Origin: Gemmatimonadales bacterium
GTDB lineage: Bacteria; Gemmatimonadota; Gemmatimonadetes; Gemmatimonadales; GWC2-71-9
NCBI GenBank assembly: GCA_038250675.1
Contig: JBBSCB010000002.1
Location: 2,658 to 66,657 of the forward strand
Length of the DNA stretch: 64,000 nucleotides
Direction of reading: 5' to 3'
Shown here: positions 38,543 to 47,330 of the stretch, in pieces
How the letters are laid out: every line of letters begins with the position of its first letter
Numbering within the stretch: the stretch's first letter is position 1
Position numbers and translations under genes: made by a program
Notes under the pieces: generated by a model
Told to the model about the DNA's origin: nothing
Database searches by the model: none
The model's input: the letters and a program-made list of their open reading frames with translations, nothing else

Positions 38543-41500
38543 CTAGCGGTAATCACCCGCAAAGAGCGACAGGGAAAAGGTAACCAGCAGGTACAGGTTG
38601 GCGGTCTTGCGGTCGAGCGCACGGAAATCGTTCACCTCGTAGCCCATCTCGACACTGCCGGTGAGGGTCCGGAGGACATCGGTCCGGAGCGAGCCGCGAA
38701 TCGCCTGATTGCGGGTGTCGCCGGTGACCTGACAGATCGAGTCTCCCTCCCGCTGGATGCAGCTCGAATTCGTGTTGCGGGTGATCGTCAGCTGCGACTG
38801 GACCTGCTTGCGGGCCCGGCTGATCGAGGCCGGCAGGCGGAAGCCGTAGCTGAACTGACCGAGCACGTTGCTCTGATCCACGATGGTGCTGCTACCATTG
38901 TTCGCCTGTTCCTGGCTCAGCGAGGAGAGGCGAAAGGTGAGCTGCATGCCGTTGCGGAGGCTCAGCTGCGCGTCCGGCGCAAAGCTGCTCGAGTTGACGT
39001 CGCTCACGACGGCGGGTTCACTGGCCTGGCCCGGCTGCGTAGACGTTCCCGATCGCTTGCGGAATGCGGTGCTGAGTGCCAGCAGCGTGAAGGGGCCGCC
39101 GCGAAAGGTTCGGGTCCACCGGAGACTGCCCGACGGCCAGTCGCGCTGGACGTTGGTGGTGCGCACCTGCTGGTCTCCCGTGAACTGGTAGTACGCCGCG
39201 TCGGTCAGGCTGTACTGCAGCGAGAAGCTCAGTCCGAACGGCAGGTCGGCGCCCGAATTCAGGACCCGCGTGTGCACGTCCGACGCGCTGATGGCGGGTG
39301 CCCCCTGTCGCGAGAGGAAATTGTCGAGGCCGCCGAGCGCCAGCTGATAGCCCAGCGTCGGCTCGAACACGGCCAGGTCGAAGGTGGAGCCGCGGGTGGT
39401 GCGCGCGCTGAGATCGATCGGCCGCATGCGCACGATGCCCCGGGCGATCCGGCTGCTGTCGCCGAGCAGCACGCGCAGCAGCGCCGGCAGACTGGCCGAG
39501 GCACCGAGCTCGCGGGACTGCGAATTATTGAGCGTCTGCGGCAGGATGAACGCGCCGATCGTGTCGCCATCCACGCGGACCAGCGGCCGGCTGGTGAGGC
39601 TGCGTGAGAGCACGAATCCGCCATTCATCGTGTAGCGGGGCTGGATCCAGCTCGAGACGCGGGGCGTGAGCTGGAGCGACGTGACGAGATTGCGGTCGCG
39701 CTCCACACCCGCGTCGATGCCCAGAATCGCCCGGCGGGAGAGTCCGGCAAGCCGGCCCAGGGGTGTCGAATCGGAGTAATGGCGCAGATCGCGGGTACTG
39801 GACAGGTCGCCGTTGAGTGTCAGCATCCCGAGCGGCTGCCAGGTGAGCCCGGCGCTGTTGCGCCAGAGCTGGGAGAGCGAGGTGGTCGGCGTGAGCAGCG
39901 TGTCGGCATCGCGAAACACCGGCACGAGGTAGGTCGTCGAGCTGGCGCGGTCATGGGAGAGCCCCGAGGCGAGCCGGATACTGGTCGGCGTGAGGCTGAC
40001 CGTCGGGTTGCGGAGGGCGCGGCCGATTTCACTTTGCCGGAGCCATTCCGGCAGACTGTTGACCAGTCCGGCGATCGGCAGCCGCGGACCCCGGCGCTGC
40101 AACTGGAGATTGTAGTTGGCGTTGAAGGCGGAGTTGGCCGCGTCCGCGTCGCTCAACTCGGTCCGCGTGTGGCCCCGCGTGACGGCGGCGGCGAGGGTGA
40201 GCGGGTCCAGAAATCCCTTGGCCAGCCAGGTTGTGCCCCGGCGGCTCCGCCGGATCTGCATCGTATAGTTGGTGGTCCACCCGTCAGGCCGACGGAGGCC
40301 CGCGAGGTCGGCGCCGCGCAGGTCCGTTCCCGTGAGCAGCTCGGGATCGACCCGGCTCCGCGTCACGCTCATCGTCACCGGAATGGCCAGCCCCAGCGAC
40401 GTGGGAAGAAAGCGATCGAGTCGCCATGTGCTGCTCACGGCAATGCTGTTGGTGGTTAAATACGATGGGGTCTGGCCGATCTGGCGGAACTGGCCGTCCT
40501 GCCGGATGTAGGCCAGGGCGACGTCGCCGACGTCGGATGCGGTGAGACGGGCGTCCAGCGCGATCGCCTTCCCGGTCTGTGACACGGGGCTCGCCAGCCG
40601 GATGTCGTCGATCCACAGCTCCGCCTCGGGGAGCGGCCCGTGATCGGCCACCCGGTAGATCCCGCCCGCCACTTCCTGGATCGCCGCGAGATTCGGCGGG
40701 TTCACGCCCGGATTGGCGACGTGGACGACGTATCCGTTCTCGCACGCGACGTAGGCCTGCGTGTCGGTGCTGCCGCATTCCGTCGCGCCCGACGGCGGGA
40801 GGCCCTGCAAATACTGACTCTCGATCTGCGCCCGGAGCCGCCGCCAGACCGAGAGGTCCACGACGAACTCGGGCTCCCAGTCGGTCGTCCTGGCCGGCGC
40901 ATGGTAGAGATAGAAGTTGTTGACGTCACTCCCCAGCTTGATGAAGGCGTGAAGATCGCCCGCCTCCCAGCCAGCGCCGCGCCCGCGCATCCAGACGCGG
41001 AGCTCGCTGTAGTTGAGGAGATTCTGCGGGCCGCTCTGGAAGCGCAGGTAGGCCTCGGCGCGCTCGCCGACCCGGAGGTCGCGCCCGATGACGCGGAGCG
41101 ACTTCTCGTTGATCTGCTGGCCCAGGGCCTGCTGGCCGACGTCCTTGCGGTCGGTCGCACTCAGCACGCCGGGTGGCGACACGTAGCCCAGGTCGCCCTT
41201 GTTCTCGGTCGAGATGATGGACGTGAGCACCTCGCCGTGCGCCTCACCGACCGAGCCGCTCAGTCCGGCGACCGGCTGGTCGGTGCGCCGGACCCAGGGC
41301 GCGCCGACAAACCGCATGCGGGCAAAGGCAAAGCGCCCCACCACATCGGGCTGGCCGTTGTCGTTGGGCGCCACGACCGTGATGCGCAGCGACTTGATCA
41401 GCCGGATGTTGGGGGTGCCGATCGCGCGCGCATTGGTGATGGCCAGCGGGACCCGGTACAGCGTCCAGCCGGACAGCCGGCCGTTGGTGCCGATCGTCTT

Positions 41501-44500
41501 GATGCCGCGGTTGGGTACCTTGAAGGAATCCGACGAGATCGGCACGACGTAGCGGTAGACGTTATCGTTGGGCCCCGTCGCGTTGAGCTGGAGGTCGCCG
41601 TCGAGGTCCTCGGTGTCCAGCGAGCCGTTCCCGTTGGTGCATCGCGCACTGAGATCGCCCCATGGGAACACCGGCACCACCGAGCTGAGCTGCCGATCGC
41701 ACAGCGCCGCAAACCGCTGCACCTCGCCGTTGACGATCAGCGAATCGGGCCGGTCCTGCAGGATGCCGATGTCATCCGCTTCGGCGTTGAAGATGCCGGT
41801 GGTGGACCGTTCCGTGTCCAGCCGTCCCTGCCCCACGTACTGGCGACCGGTGAACAGACTGTCGCTGCCGGCTACCGTGAGGGACTCCGGTGCGATCGCC
41901 AGCGCGTCCTCGTTGACCGTACCGAGGTCGAACACGAGCTGGAGCCCGGCGGAGTCCGCCGACTCGGCCTGGGACTGGAAGACCCAGAACTCGAGGTATT
42001 CGGTCTTGGAGAGGTCGAGGCCGGTGGTGCTGAGCGATGTGACCATCGAGCGCCAGCGCGGCCGGTTGGAACGGACGGGCAGATGCCACTGCGAACTGTT
42101 GTCGTTGCGCACCAGGCCGCCGGCCGTGTCGGCATGGAGCGTGATGAAGAGCGGCGTCTCGTACTGCGTCCCCGTTCCGGCGAATCGAAACGTCGTATCG
42201 ATGTCCTGCGGCCGGATCTGGACCGGCTTGCCGTCGGCGCCGGCCACCAGGTTCTGCCAGACCAGCTGCACCGCGTCGGCCGGATCGAACTGCGCGCCGA
42301 AGATCGTCTCCAATCCGTCAGTGTGCTGCGGGACGCTGCCAAATTCCCAGCTTTGCTCGCGCATCGGCACCGCGATGCTGGCATCGCTCTCGAATTCCTC
42401 CAGATACGCCGCGCCGGAGCGATTCGGGTCGGGGCGCGAAAAGGCCAGCTCCGCGTTCAGATCCAGCAGCGACGGCGCGGAGGCGCCGGAGGTCACCACG
42501 CCGTCGAGCAGGCGAGTAAGCCACGTGGGTTTGAAATGCAGCTCCGCCGTCGCTCCTGCCATCAGGTTGGCCTTGGCCTCGAAGCCGAGGTGCGGCCGAT
42601 TGAACGCACTGGCCTCGCGCTGCAGCATGCCGATGAAATTGATGGCACCGCGCTCGCCCAGTGAATAGCGGGACGTGAGGCCAATGATGGAGGTGGGCGC
42701 GATGGCGAAGGCGTCCTGCTCCTCGAAGCGGGCGGTGACGGTGGCGCTCCCCGCGCCGAACAAAGCGTCGGGGTTGAGGAACGTCACGCGCCCGGTGGCA
42801 TAGTCGATCGAGTAGTCCACGCCACGCACGAGCTGGCGGCCTCCGACCTGAAGCTGTTCGCTGTTGTCCTTGATCTGCAGGGCGTTGAGCACCAGCGTTG
42901 ATCGGTCGCCGCCGCCGGTGGCGTTGTAGTGCAGGCGGAGCTGAAAGCGCGACGGCGGCCCCTGCGACAGCAGCAGGTACTGCGGCGTCCGATAGAGCGA
43001 ATCCGCCCGCTCGGCCGGCGAGAGACCGGGCGTGTCGAAGAACGGGCGCAGCGTCGGGAAGACGATGTACGACTCGCGGAGAATCTGCTGCGCCGTCGGG
43101 TCCCGCGGGCGGGGAAAGAGCCGGTTGTCCCGGTCGAAATAGCTGGGATCGGTGGGCACCGACAGTCCGAAGAGGGCCAGATAGCTCGGCGCGCCGGACG
43201 CGGGGCGCTCGGAGCGATTGAGTGTGACCGCCGCACCGAGCGACGCCGGATCGAGGTCGGTGCCGGCCACCCGGTAGACCTGCCGCATCTCGTGGTAGAA
43301 CGTGCCCGAGGCGGGGCCCTGGTTGGGCGCCACGATCAGCTCGAGCGTGTCCACCGCCGCAGGGTGATCCTGGCTGGGAAAGGTGCCGACCGTCGTGCCC
43401 GCGCCCGTGGTGTAGCTGACGGCCAGGTAGTCGCGGGTGTCGAGCTTGGTGGCCAGGGCAAACCAGAGCCCCGACCGATCCACGAAGTAATCGGTGCCCT
43501 GAACCAGCAGTTCCCACCGTGGACCCTCATCGAGCTGTCGGGCTCCCACCAACTGCGTCGTGTCGCTGGGATTGTCGTGGTTCCGGGCGAACGCGGCCAG
43601 CCCGGCGAGGTTGGGGTCGAGGCCGGTCCGCGGCACCCCCGACTTATAGCGGTAGACGCGAATCTGCACCGGCCGAGCCGCGGCCGGCACGAGTGTCGGA
43701 TCCAGATTCAGGATGTCGAGTTGCGGGTAGCCCGCCACCCGACGCGGATCCACGACCCAGAAAAAGCGGCCGGACTCGTAGTCGAGATCGCGCACCTGCC
43801 GGTCCTGCGGCTGGCTCGTGGTGGTGCCGCCGATCGTGTAGACGCGGTTGGCGAGCGCGCTCCCCTTCTGGGTGGCCAGGAGCGCCTGGAACTGCATCGG
43901 GCCGACCTCGAAGGTGGCGTTGACGCCGAAGTTGTTGGACGGGATCGCCGCCGTGAGGAAGCGCGAGGGCGGAGGCCGGAACGTGACGGTGCCGATCTCG
44001 ACCCGCCGCAGCACTTCGTCCTCGAGGCCCTGGTAGTAGACCTGGATGAGGTTGTTGGCCGTAAAGTCCCGCTCGGAGTTGTAGTCCACGTTGACGTGGA
44101 ACCGCTGCCCGATGATGCCGCCGACCCGGGCGTTGATCTGGTTCTCGAGGCGGGGCGGCTTGATCTTTCCGTTGCACCCGGCCAGCGGGTCCTGGAGCTC
44201 GGCCGCGGTGCAGCGCAGGTTCTTGAACCGCTCGGTCCGGATATCGATCGTGGCATTGCCATCGATGGCCAGATCGACATCTTTCTCCGGCAGCCCGAAC
44301 GCGCCCAGCCGGACCGGCGCTTCCTGCCCGCCGGCTTTCAGCGGTGCGCCGTAGCCGTAAAGGACCGCTCGGCGCCGGGCCCCGGCACGTGCCGTCCGCG
44401 CCGAATCGAGAGCATGACCCACCGCACTGTCAAATCGCGCGCCGAACCACCGCCCCTGCAGCACGGCGGGAATCCGCAGCGTAAGTGCCGGCGCAGGAAA

Positions 44501-44605
44501 ATGCAGTTGGAAGCCGATGCCAGCGGTGTCCGACTGGGCTGCCAGAACGCGGGGCACCGCGAGCAGCAGGGTCAGGGCAAGGAATGGACGCGCCAGGCTA
44601 GGCAA
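38543..44605 (-). CDS. sprA: Giant outer-membrane protein, SprA-like (putative T9SS translocon)
   Basis: 2020 aa with a Sec signal peptide (LLLAVPRVLAA|QSD). Beta-rich Ser/Thr/Gly/Asn/Tyr composition throughout, and a C-terminal aromatic-ended strand (...SLSLFAGDYR). A QC-like gene lies immediately downstream, and PorV-like and CTD-cargo genes are in the same window. The assignment rests on size, architecture and context, not on a search. Confidence 0.5.
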   Translation of the reverse strand: MPSLARPFLALTLLLAVPRVLAAQSDTAGIGFQLHFPAPALTLRIPAVLQGRWFGARFDSAVGHALDSARTARAGARRRAVLYGYGAPLKAGGQEAPVRLGAFGLPEKDVDLAIDGNATIDIRTERFKNLRCTAAELQDPLAGCNGKIKPPRLENQINARVGGIIGQRFHVNVDYNSERDFTANNLIQVYYQGLEDEVLRRVEIGTVTFRPPPSRFLTAAIPSNNFGVNATFEVGPMQFQALLATQKGSALANRVYTIGGTTTSQPQDRQVRDLDYESGRFFWVVDPRRVAGYPQLDILNLDPTLVPAAARPVQIRVYRYKSGVPRTGLDPNLAGLAAFARNHDNPSDTTQLVGARQLDEGPRWELLVQGTDYFVDRSGLWFALATKLDTRDYLAVSYTTGAGTTVGTFPSQDHPAAVDTLELIVAPNQGPASGTFYHEMRQVYRVAGTDLDPASLGAAVTLNRSERPASGAPSYLALFGLSVPTDPSYFDRDNRLFPRPRDPTAQQILRESYIVFPTLRPFFDTPGLSPAERADSLYRTPQYLLLSQGPPSRFQLRLHYNATGGGDRSTLVLNALQIKDNSEQLQVGGRQLVRGVDYSIDYATGRVTFLNPDALFGAGSATVTARFEEQDAFAIAPTSIIGLTSRYSLGERGAINFIGMLQREASAFNRPHLGFEAKANLMAGATAELHFKPTWLTRLLDGVVTSGASAPSLLDLNAELAFSRPDPNRSGAAYLEEFESDASIAVPMREQSWEFGSVPQHTDGLETIFGAQFDPADAVQLVWQNLVAGADGKPVQIRPQDIDTTFRFAGTGTQYETPLFITLHADTAGGLVRNDNSSQWHLPVRSNRPRWRSMVTSLSTTGLDLSKTEYLEFWVFQSQAESADSAGLQLVFDLGTVNEDALAIAPESLTVAGSDSLFTGRQYVGQGRLDTERSTTGIFNAEADDIGILQDRPDSLIVNGEVQRFAALCDRQLSSVVPVFPWGDLSARCTNGNGSLDTEDLDGDLQLNATGPNDNVYRYVVPISSDSFKVPNRGIKTIGTNGRLSGWTLYRVPLAITNARAIGTPNIRLIKSLRITVVAPNDNGQPDVVGRFAFARMRFVGAPWVRRTDQPVAGLSGSVGEAHGEVLTSIISTENKGDLGYVSPPGVLSATDRKDVGQQALGQQINEKSLRVIGRDLRVGERAEAYLRFQSGPQNLLNYSELRVWMRGRGAGWEAGDLHAFIKLGSDVNNFYLYHAPARTTDWEPEFVVDLSVWRRLRAQIESQYLQGLPPSGATECGSTDTQAYVACENGYVVHVANPGVNPPNLAAIQEVAGGIYRVADHGPLPEAELWIDDIRLASPVSQTGKAIALDARLTASDVGDVALAYIRQDGQFRQIGQTPSYLTTNSIAVSSTWRLDRFLPTSLGLAIPVTMSVTRSRVDPELLTGTDLRGADLAGLRRPDGWTTNYTMQIRRSRRGTTWLAKGFLDPLTLAAAVTRGHTRTELSDADAANSAFNANYNLQLQRRGPRLPIAGLVNSLPEWLRQSEIGRALRNPTVSLTPTSIRLASGLSHDRASSTTYLVPVFRDADTLLTPTTSLSQLWRNSAGLTWQPLGMLTLNGDLSSTRDLRHYSDSTPLGRLAGLSRRAILGIDAGVERDRNLVTSLQLTPRVSSWIQPRYTMNGGFVLSRSLTSRPLVRVDGDTIGAFILPQTLNNSQSRELGASASLPALLRVLLGDSSRIARGIVRMRPIDLSARTTRGSTFDLAVFEPTLGYQLALGGLDNFLSRQGAPAISASDVHTRVLNSGADLPFGLSFSLQYSLTDAAYYQFTGDQQVRTTNVQRDWPSGSLRWTRTFRGGPFTLLALSTAFRKRSGTSTQPGQASEPAVVSDVNSSSFAPDAQLSLRNGMQLTFRLSSLSQEQANNGSSTIVDQSNVLGQFSYGFRLPASISRARKQVQSQLTITRNTNSSCIQREGDSICQVTGDTRNQAIRGSLRTDVLRTLTGSVEMGYEVNDFRALDRKTANLYLLVTFSLSLFAGDYR

Positions 44606-44642
44606 TCAGGACCGCTTCGGGCTTGTGGGTGGAGGAGCGCAA

Positions 44643-44648
44643 TATAAT
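44643..44648 (+). promoter_or_regulatory. Candidate -10 hexamer (TATAAT) upstream of lptF in the sprA/lptF divergent region
   Basis: Perfect TATAAT 38 nt upstream of the lptF GTG. Weak -35. Confidence 0.3.
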
Positions 44649-44685
44649 GGCCGCAAAAACCCGGTACAACAAGCGTGGTTAGGCC

Positions 44686-46155
44686 GTGCGACTGATCCGC
44701 CGGTACCTGCTGCGCCAGCTCACCGGCCCGTTCCTTTACGCGCTGGCCGGCCTCACCGGCTTCATGCTGCTCAACCAGGTGGCGCGCCGCTTTGGCCAAC
44801 TGGTGGGTAAGGGACTGGAATGGACCGTCATCGCCGAGGTCTTTGCGCTCAGTCTCCCGTTCATCGTGGCGATGACGCTCCCCATGGCCGTGCTGGTGGC
44901 CGTGCTGTACACCTTCAGCCATCTCGCCGCCGACAACGAGGTGACCGCCATGCGGGCCGGCGGCCTCAGCGTCCTCCAGATCCTGGCCCCCGTGGTGCTC
45001 TGGGGCGCCCTGACGGCCAGCGCGAATTTCGTCTTTGTGGATCAGGTGCTGCCGCGCAGCAACGCGCGGCTCAAGGCGCTGCTGACCGACATCTACCGCA
45101 AGAAGCCAACGTTCGAACTCCATGAGCAGGTCATCAACAACGTGCCGCCCTCGCAGTACTTCCTGCGCGCGGGACGGATCGAGGCCGGCACGGGGCGGCT
45201 CCGGGACGTCGTCATCTACGACGTCGGCGACCAGACCGGGCGCCGGATCATCTATGCCGACAGCGGGCTGATGGGCCTGGCCCCGGGCCAGCGTGATCTC
45301 AGTCTGCTGCTGTATGACGGCGCGGTCCATGAGCTCAAGACGTCGGCGCCGTCGGAGTTCCGGCTCACCTACTTCCGCACCAACCGGATCCGGGTGCGGA
45401 ACGTCTTCGACGAGCTGGAGCGCAACACCAACACGTCACGCGGCGACCGCGAGATGAGCACCTGCGAAATGCTGGGTGTGGTCCGGCTGGCGGACCGCCA
45501 ACGGCGCCAGGCGGAACTGGACCGCGACGCGCTGCTGGACCGCGACCTCCGCACGCTCGTGGGGCTCGGGCCCCGCACCGCCGGCGCGCCCGCCGCCGAG
45601 CGCCCACTGCCGCGCTACTGCACCCTCGGCGCCGTGCTGGCCCACAGACTGGGGGGGACGGCCAAGCCACCGCCGCCCGCACAGGCGGCACGTCCGGCCC
45701 CCATCGTCGCGACACCGGGCGCGGTGCTGGCCACGTGGTCCGACGTCGCGTCGCTGCGCGACCGGATCACCGAGGCGGACGGCCGGGGTGACCGCTATCT
45801 GGTCGAAGTGCATAAGAAGTGGTCGATCAGCGCCGCCTGCATCACCTTCGTGCTGATGGGCATCGTGCTCGCGCTACGGTTCCCACGGGGCGGCATCGGG
45901 CTCGTCGTGGGCGGCGGATTCGGCATCTTTGCCGTGTTCTACGTCTTTCTCACCGCCGGCGAGGCGCTCGCGGACCGCGGCATCGTCGAGCCGGCCCTCG
46001 CCATGTGGGGCCCCAACCTCATCTTCATCCTGGCCGGCATCATCGGCCTCGTGGTGGTGAACCGGGAAACCGGCAGCACCCGGGGCGGCGACTTTCAGGA
46101 GATCATCGAGAACCTGCGCGCCTGGCTCCGGCGCCGGCGCCGGAGCGCCGCGTGA
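44686..46155 (+). CDS. lptF: LPS export ABC permease LptF (YjgP/YjgQ family)
   Basis: MRLIRRYLLRQLTGPFLYALAGLTGFMLL...EVTAMRAGGLS, a periplasmic beta-jellyroll insert, then 3 C-terminal TM helices. Confidence 0.8.
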   Translation: MRLIRRYLLRQLTGPFLYALAGLTGFMLLNQVARRFGQLVGKGLEWTVIAEVFALSLPFIVAMTLPMAVLVAVLYTFSHLAADNEVTAMRAGGLSVLQILAPVVLWGALTASANFVFVDQVLPRSNARLKALLTDIYRKKPTFELHEQVINNVPPSQYFLRAGRIEAGTGRLRDVVIYDVGDQTGRRIIYADSGLMGLAPGQRDLSLLLYDGAVHELKTSAPSEFRLTYFRTNRIRVRNVFDELERNTNTSRGDREMSTCEMLGVVRLADRQRRQAELDRDALLDRDLRTLVGLGPRTAGAPAAERPLPRYCTLGAVLAHRLGGTAKPPPPAQAARPAPIVATPGAVLATWSDVASLRDRITEADGRGDRYLVEVHKKWSISAACITFVLMGIVLALRFPRGGIGLVVGGGFGIFAVFYVFLTAGEALADRGIVEPALAMWGPNLIFILAGIIGLVVVNRETGSTRGGDFQEIIENLRAWLRRRRRSAA

Positions 46156-47237
46156 GCCGGGTCCGGCTGCTCGACCGCTACGTCATCGGCACCTGGCTTC
46201 GGCTGTTCGTGCTCACGGCGCTCGGCTTTCCCTTTGTCGCGGTGCTCATTTCGATGATCGACGGGCTCAACGCGCTGCTCGACAAGGGCCTCACCATGCG
46301 CGAGATCCTGGTGAGCTACGCCTATGCGCTGCCGGAGAACATCTCCCTGGTGATGCCGGCCGCGGTGCTGGTGGCGACGGTGTTCACCATCGGCAACATG
46401 AGCCGCCATTCGGAGCTGACCGCCGCCAAGGCGAGCGGCATCAGCTTCCATCGGCTCCTCCAGCCGATCCTCGGGGCGGCGGCGATCGCCTCGATCGTCG
46501 CCCTGGCCACCGGCGAGCTCGCCGTGAGCGCGACAGCGCGGCAAAAGGTGCTGCAGCATGACCGCGAGGACCAGCCTACCGCGGGCCGGTTCAATTTCGT
46601 CTATCGGGCGGATGGCGGCTGGACCTACGCGATCCGGTCGCTGGACGTCGGCAGCCGGCAACTCAAGGACGTCATCCTGGAGCGGCCCGGCCGGGGCGCC
46701 GAGTATCCCAGTCTGGTCGTGACCGCCGACAGCGCGGGCTACGTGGACAGCCTGCACGCCTGGGAGCTGCGCGACGGCGCCAGCCGGGTGGTGGCCGATG
46801 CGCAGCACCAGGCCACCTTCCGCTTCCGGACGATGCATCTCCGCGCGATGACGCAGAGCCCGGCCGAACTGCTGGCGCCGCCCAAGGCCCCCGACGAAAT
46901 GCGCTACGCCGAACTGGGCTACTATATCGACGCGCTGCGCCGCTCCGGCAACGACACCAACAAGCTGCAGGTGGAGCGGGCGCTCAAGCTCGCCATTCCC
47001 GCGACATGCCTCATCGTGGCGCTGTTCGGCGCGCCGCTCGCGGTGGGCGGGCCGCGCTCCAGCCCGGCCACCGGCATCGCGCTCAGCTTGGCTACGACGA
47101 TCGTCTTCCTGCTCCTCACCCAGATCGCGCGCGCGGTCGGCGCCGGCGGCGTGGTGAATCCGGTGGTTGCCGCGTGGCTGCCCAACGCCGTCTTTCTCCT
47201 CGCGGCGCTGGTCCTGCTGGATCGCGTCCGCACCTAA
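46152..47237 (+). CDS. lptG: LPS export ABC permease LptG (YjgP/YjgQ family)
   Basis: The GTG at 46152 overlaps the lptF stop (GTGA). VRLLDRYVIGTWLRLFVLTALGF...ELTAAKASGIS. Same architecture as lptF. Confidence 0.8.
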   Translation: MSRVRLLDRYVIGTWLRLFVLTALGFPFVAVLISMIDGLNALLDKGLTMREILVSYAYALPENISLVMPAAVLVATVFTIGNMSRHSELTAAKASGISFHRLLQPILGAAAIASIVALATGELAVSATARQKVLQHDREDQPTAGRFNFVYRADGGWTYAIRSLDVGSRQLKDVILERPGRGAEYPSLVVTADSAGYVDSLHAWELRDGASRVVADAQHQATFRFRTMHLRAMTQSPAELLAPPKAPDEMRYAELGYYIDALRRSGNDTNKLQVERALKLAIPATCLIVALFGAPLAVGGPRSSPATGIALSLATTIVFLLLTQIARAVGAGGVVNPVVAAWLPNAVFLLAALVLLDRVRT

Positions 47238-47255
47238 CCCCCGACGATGGCGCAC

Positions 47256-47296
47256 GAGAAACGGCCCTCCCGACGATCGTCGGGAGGGCCGTTCTC
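47256..47296. terminator. Bidirectional terminator-like palindrome between lptG and the TonB-dependent receptor
   Basis: A perfect 34-nt palindrome at 47260-47293 (AACGGCCCTCCCGACGA|TCGTCGGGAGGGCCGTT), extendable with one bulge to 47256-47296. Confidence 0.5.
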
Positions 47297-47330
47297 ACTG
47301 CGGCGACCGCGTGTTCAGGGCCGCGTCAGA

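Noticed and set aside
37475-44647. Series of long plus-strand ORFs (37475-39607, 40640-42664, 42929-44647) opposite the QC-like and SprA-like genes
   Set aside because: All are antisense to one continuous 2020-aa minus-strand ORF that has a signal peptide and OMP-like composition. Their translations are Arg/Gly/Pro-rich junk.
45111-45121. GTTCGAACTCC, resembling a tRNA T-loop
   Set aside because: It lies inside the lptF coding frame, with no acceptor, D or anticodon arm pairing around it.
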